Shown here in pieces: positions 61,750 through 64,000 of a stretch of 64,000 bases of DNA (position 1 is the first letter of the stretch; the number at the start of each line of letters is the position of its first letter). Position numbers and translations under genes: made by a program. The DNA is from Dimorphilus gyrociliatus. Taxonomy: Eukaryota > Animalia > Annelida. Under the pieces are notes generated by a model, which had not been told where the DNA came from, did not search any database, and was given only the letters and a program-made list of their open reading frames with translations. Location: NCBI GenBank assembly GCA_904063045.1, contig CAJFCJ010000018.1:806001-870000 (forward strand), in the 5' to 3' direction.

Positions 61750-64000
61750 CTATTTCATTCTACCTCCTGACGACGCCTTCGCTTGTCTAACACACGCTTG
61801 TTTTTTCTGTAGTCCTATAGATTCTCCCCCGCTTTTTCTACTATTCCCAAGGCATACATCATTTTCTCGTTTGGCATCTGTCTCGTCCATTGCAAAATCG
61901 TAATTATCTTCTAAATCGGCCATAATTTGTAAAAGATCCAGTCCTTTATTTTTCTCCGCTGTTATCATTACCGTTCCCGATTCCACACCTTTTCCAACGA
62001 ATACTGGAGACGGAATCTGAATTGTACCACTTGCTACATAAGGTTCTCCTCGATTTGGAATTAAAAGAACTTGAACACTTCCAGATAAAATTAAAAATAA
62101 ATAAGGCTGACTATAGGCTACCATCACCGGTTGTTCGCCAGGCCAGTTCAAATCTTCTTCACGAGTACGTTTTCCTGAAGGGTCAACGAATATTCCAAAA
62201 TCAGAGAAACATACCAATAACTCATTAGGGCTTATTTGGACCACACTGAGAGGAAAGGATAAAAAGGTAGAGGCTCCAAAAATTGCAAATGCCAACGTTG
62301 AATCCTTTTCATTTAAGAATTCTCGAAATTTAAAGCTTTGCAAATCCAGAGTGTAGAATTTGTCAGAACCAACAATTAGGCGATCGTCTGAAAACATCAT
62401 ACATCCAGCTGGTTTTGGAATTAAAAGAGTTCTTATCAAAGTAAATGAGTCAAGCTTGGGTGACCAGCCATATAACATCAAATTTTCAGCAGTTGCAACA
62501 GCTAAGTACACGTTTCTACGATACATTCCCACTTCAATGGTCGTACAATTTACGGCATCATCTAAATATGCAAGAGGCAGGTTTGTGGAAGACTTTTTGT
62601 TGGATGTGATATTTAAAACGTCATTGTACGTTGTAATGGCCACTCGCCGAGATGCACCAACCACTAAAACAATAGTGTTCAATTGACTTATGTATCTAAC
62701 TGCTGATACTTGTCCAAAAGCAGTCAATGTACTATTCAACATGTCACTGTGAACGTGAAGTCCTTTATCGGTAGCCATTAAACAGTCAGAATTATTAATA
62801 CAACAAGCTTCATGAATATAGTTCGGATGTTGCGAAACCAAGAGACTTGAGAAAATTGTTGTATCTGATTTCTCATTCAACATAATAGCATCAAGATATG
62901 CAACCCAATGATGTTTGTCAGTTACACTTCCAGGATTGATATACAATGTTTTGTTTCTCCTGATAGAAAATACGAGTGGTAGGTCCGTTAAGCACACATT
63001 TGGCAATTCGACAGGGTTAACTGCAGCTCTCATTAACGTTTTACCATCCCGAAGAGGAATATCTTCACAATATGGTTCAACAACAGTGTCCGAGTTGTAT
63101 ATAAACACTACGTTGTCCTTAAGAACCATCCATTTCTTTTCCCAAACATTTTTACGCTGACGATAAATTGTTATCCAACCAGATTTCACTTTTTTCAATT
63201 TAGCAACATTTCGAACTTTACGTTCTGTAACTTCTTTGAAGAGATCATCAAAAACCCGTCTGTATTCGGTCTTCATTCCACAATTCGGTGGCATTTTTGG
63301 CGAGCAAAGTGGATGACAGACGGACAAACATTCCTCACACTTTGTAGCTTCCCTCACAAACTCCACATTACCTAAACATAAAACACATTTGTCTGGTCTT
63401 GAATTGAGACCAGTTACAAAGCGATGGGGACGACCCATCGTATTAGCTCGTGGTGCTCCTGGTGTTTCGCTCGTTTGTTTTGATCTATTTTGACATCTTG
63501 GTGTTTTTGGAGTTTTTGGTGTTGACATTTCGGTTGTTCCAAAGCAATTCGTTGTTTTAACGGTCGTTACTTGTGGAACTGATCGACTTAAATTTCGAAT
63601 TTTTTGTTCCAACTCTACTTTATCTCTGGAAAGCCGAGCATTTTCGTCAAGGGCAACGCGCAATGTCTTTTGCAGTTGTTCTTCCCGTGAAAAGAGTTCT
63701 GTTTTTTTCTTTTTCTTTTTTGGTGCATCCAATTGTTGTTGTAGAAGATCAATTACATTCATTTGCTGTCGCTTTGTTACTTCCATTTTATGTTTTTCGA
63801 ATTTTTCATTTTCGACAGTGGTTTTGAATGTTTGTCTAGCTTTTTCTAATTCGTATTCATAAGACGATATTTCGTCGCGTAACTCATTTCTCTCAACTTC
63901 AAGATTTCGTAGTTCTTCGGTTAGTTGTATTTGAATTTCACGAGCCTCAGCCAGCTTTGTTCTATGTTTTGTCGATTCCTCTTTAATGTTCACTACTTCT
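61750..64000 (-). CDS. CIT: Citron Rho-interacting protein, copy B (inverted paralog); 5' part beyond the right edge
   Basis: ORF of at least 747 aa, nearly identical to copy A over coiled coil, C1, PH and CNH, with a different C-terminal tail. Confidence 0.9.
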   Translation of the reverse strand, partial: EVVNIKEESTKHRTKLAEAREIQIQLTEELRNLEVERNELRDEISSYEYELEKARQTFKTTVENEKFEKHKMEVTKRQQMNVIDLLQQQLDAPKKKKKKTELFSREEQLQKTLRVALDENARLSRDKVELEQKIRNLSRSVPQVTTVKTTNCFGTTEMSTPKTPKTPRCQNRSKQTSETPGAPRANTMGRPHRFVTGLNSRPDKCVLCLGNVEFVREATKCEECLSVCHPLCSPKMPPNCGMKTEYRRVFDDLFKEVTERKVRNVAKLKKVKSGWITIYRQRKNVWEKKWMVLKDNVVFIYNSDTVVEPYCEDIPLRDGKTLMRAAVNPVELPNVCLTDLPLVFSIRRNKTLYINPGSVTDKHHWVAYLDAIMLNEKSDTTIFSSLLVSQHPNYIHEACCINNSDCLMATDKGLHVHSDMLNSTLTAFGQVSAVRYISQLNTIVLVVGASRRVAITTYNDVLNITSNKKSSTNLPLAYLDDAVNCTTIEVGMYRRNVYLAVATAENLMLYGWSPKLDSFTLIRTLLIPKPAGCMMFSDDRLIVGSDKFYTLDLQSFKFREFLNEKDSTLAFAIFGASTFLSFPLSVVQISPNELLVCFSDFGIFVDPSGKRTREEDLNWPGEQPVMVAYSQPYLFLILSGSVQVLLIPNRGEPYVASGTIQIPSPVFVGKGVESGTVMITAEKNKGLDLLQIMADLEDNYDFAMDETDAKRENDVCLGNSRKSGGESIGLQKKQACVRQAKASSGGRMK

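Noticed and set aside
52501-63827. Duplicated antisense ORFs (53203-53448 and 62915-63160; 53677-54003 and 62360-62686; similar pairs)
   Set aside because: Shadows of the duplicated Citron CDS; their identity only reflects the inverted repeat.
1-64000. tRNA, rRNA, CRISPR arrays, transposons, U12-type introns
   Set aside because: No T-loop GTTCGA in a tRNA context, no spaced repeat arrays, no transposase/RT ORFs or TIRs, and no RTATCCTT donor at an intron start were seen.

Overview
AT-rich (about 30% GC by eye), gene-dense animal genomic DNA with GT-AG introns mostly 50-100 nt long and intergenic gaps often under 500 bp. This resembles a compacted invertebrate genome such as the annelid Dimorphilus gyrociliatus (inference only). 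Gene order: outer-arm dynein beta heavy chain (-, runs off the left edge), ARMC2 (+), HERC1 (+), WDR97 (+), an unannotated EEP/DNase-I-fold protein with degenerate catalytic motifs (-), GH27 alpha-galactosidase/NAGA (+), GPN1 (-), COA1 (+), an orphan SOCS-box protein (-), a kinase-less Citron (+), a 216-aa orphan (+), ERICH6/FAM194 (-), and a second inverted Citron copy (-, runs off the right edge). The best leads: (1) the pseudo-EEP gene stops at UGA-CUAG, the known readthrough context, followed by an in-frame coding-like 18-aa extension. It also has a strong donor just upstream that could join several phase-1 alternative last exons, one nested antisense inside a WDR97 intron. (2) The two inverted Citron copies share a 950-bp perfectly identical tract amid clustered substitutions, suggesting gene conversion. 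(3) WDR97 has a cluster of frame-preserving microexons. No tRNA, rRNA, CRISPR or transposon could be supported. Exon structures were deduced by hand and need RNA evidence.
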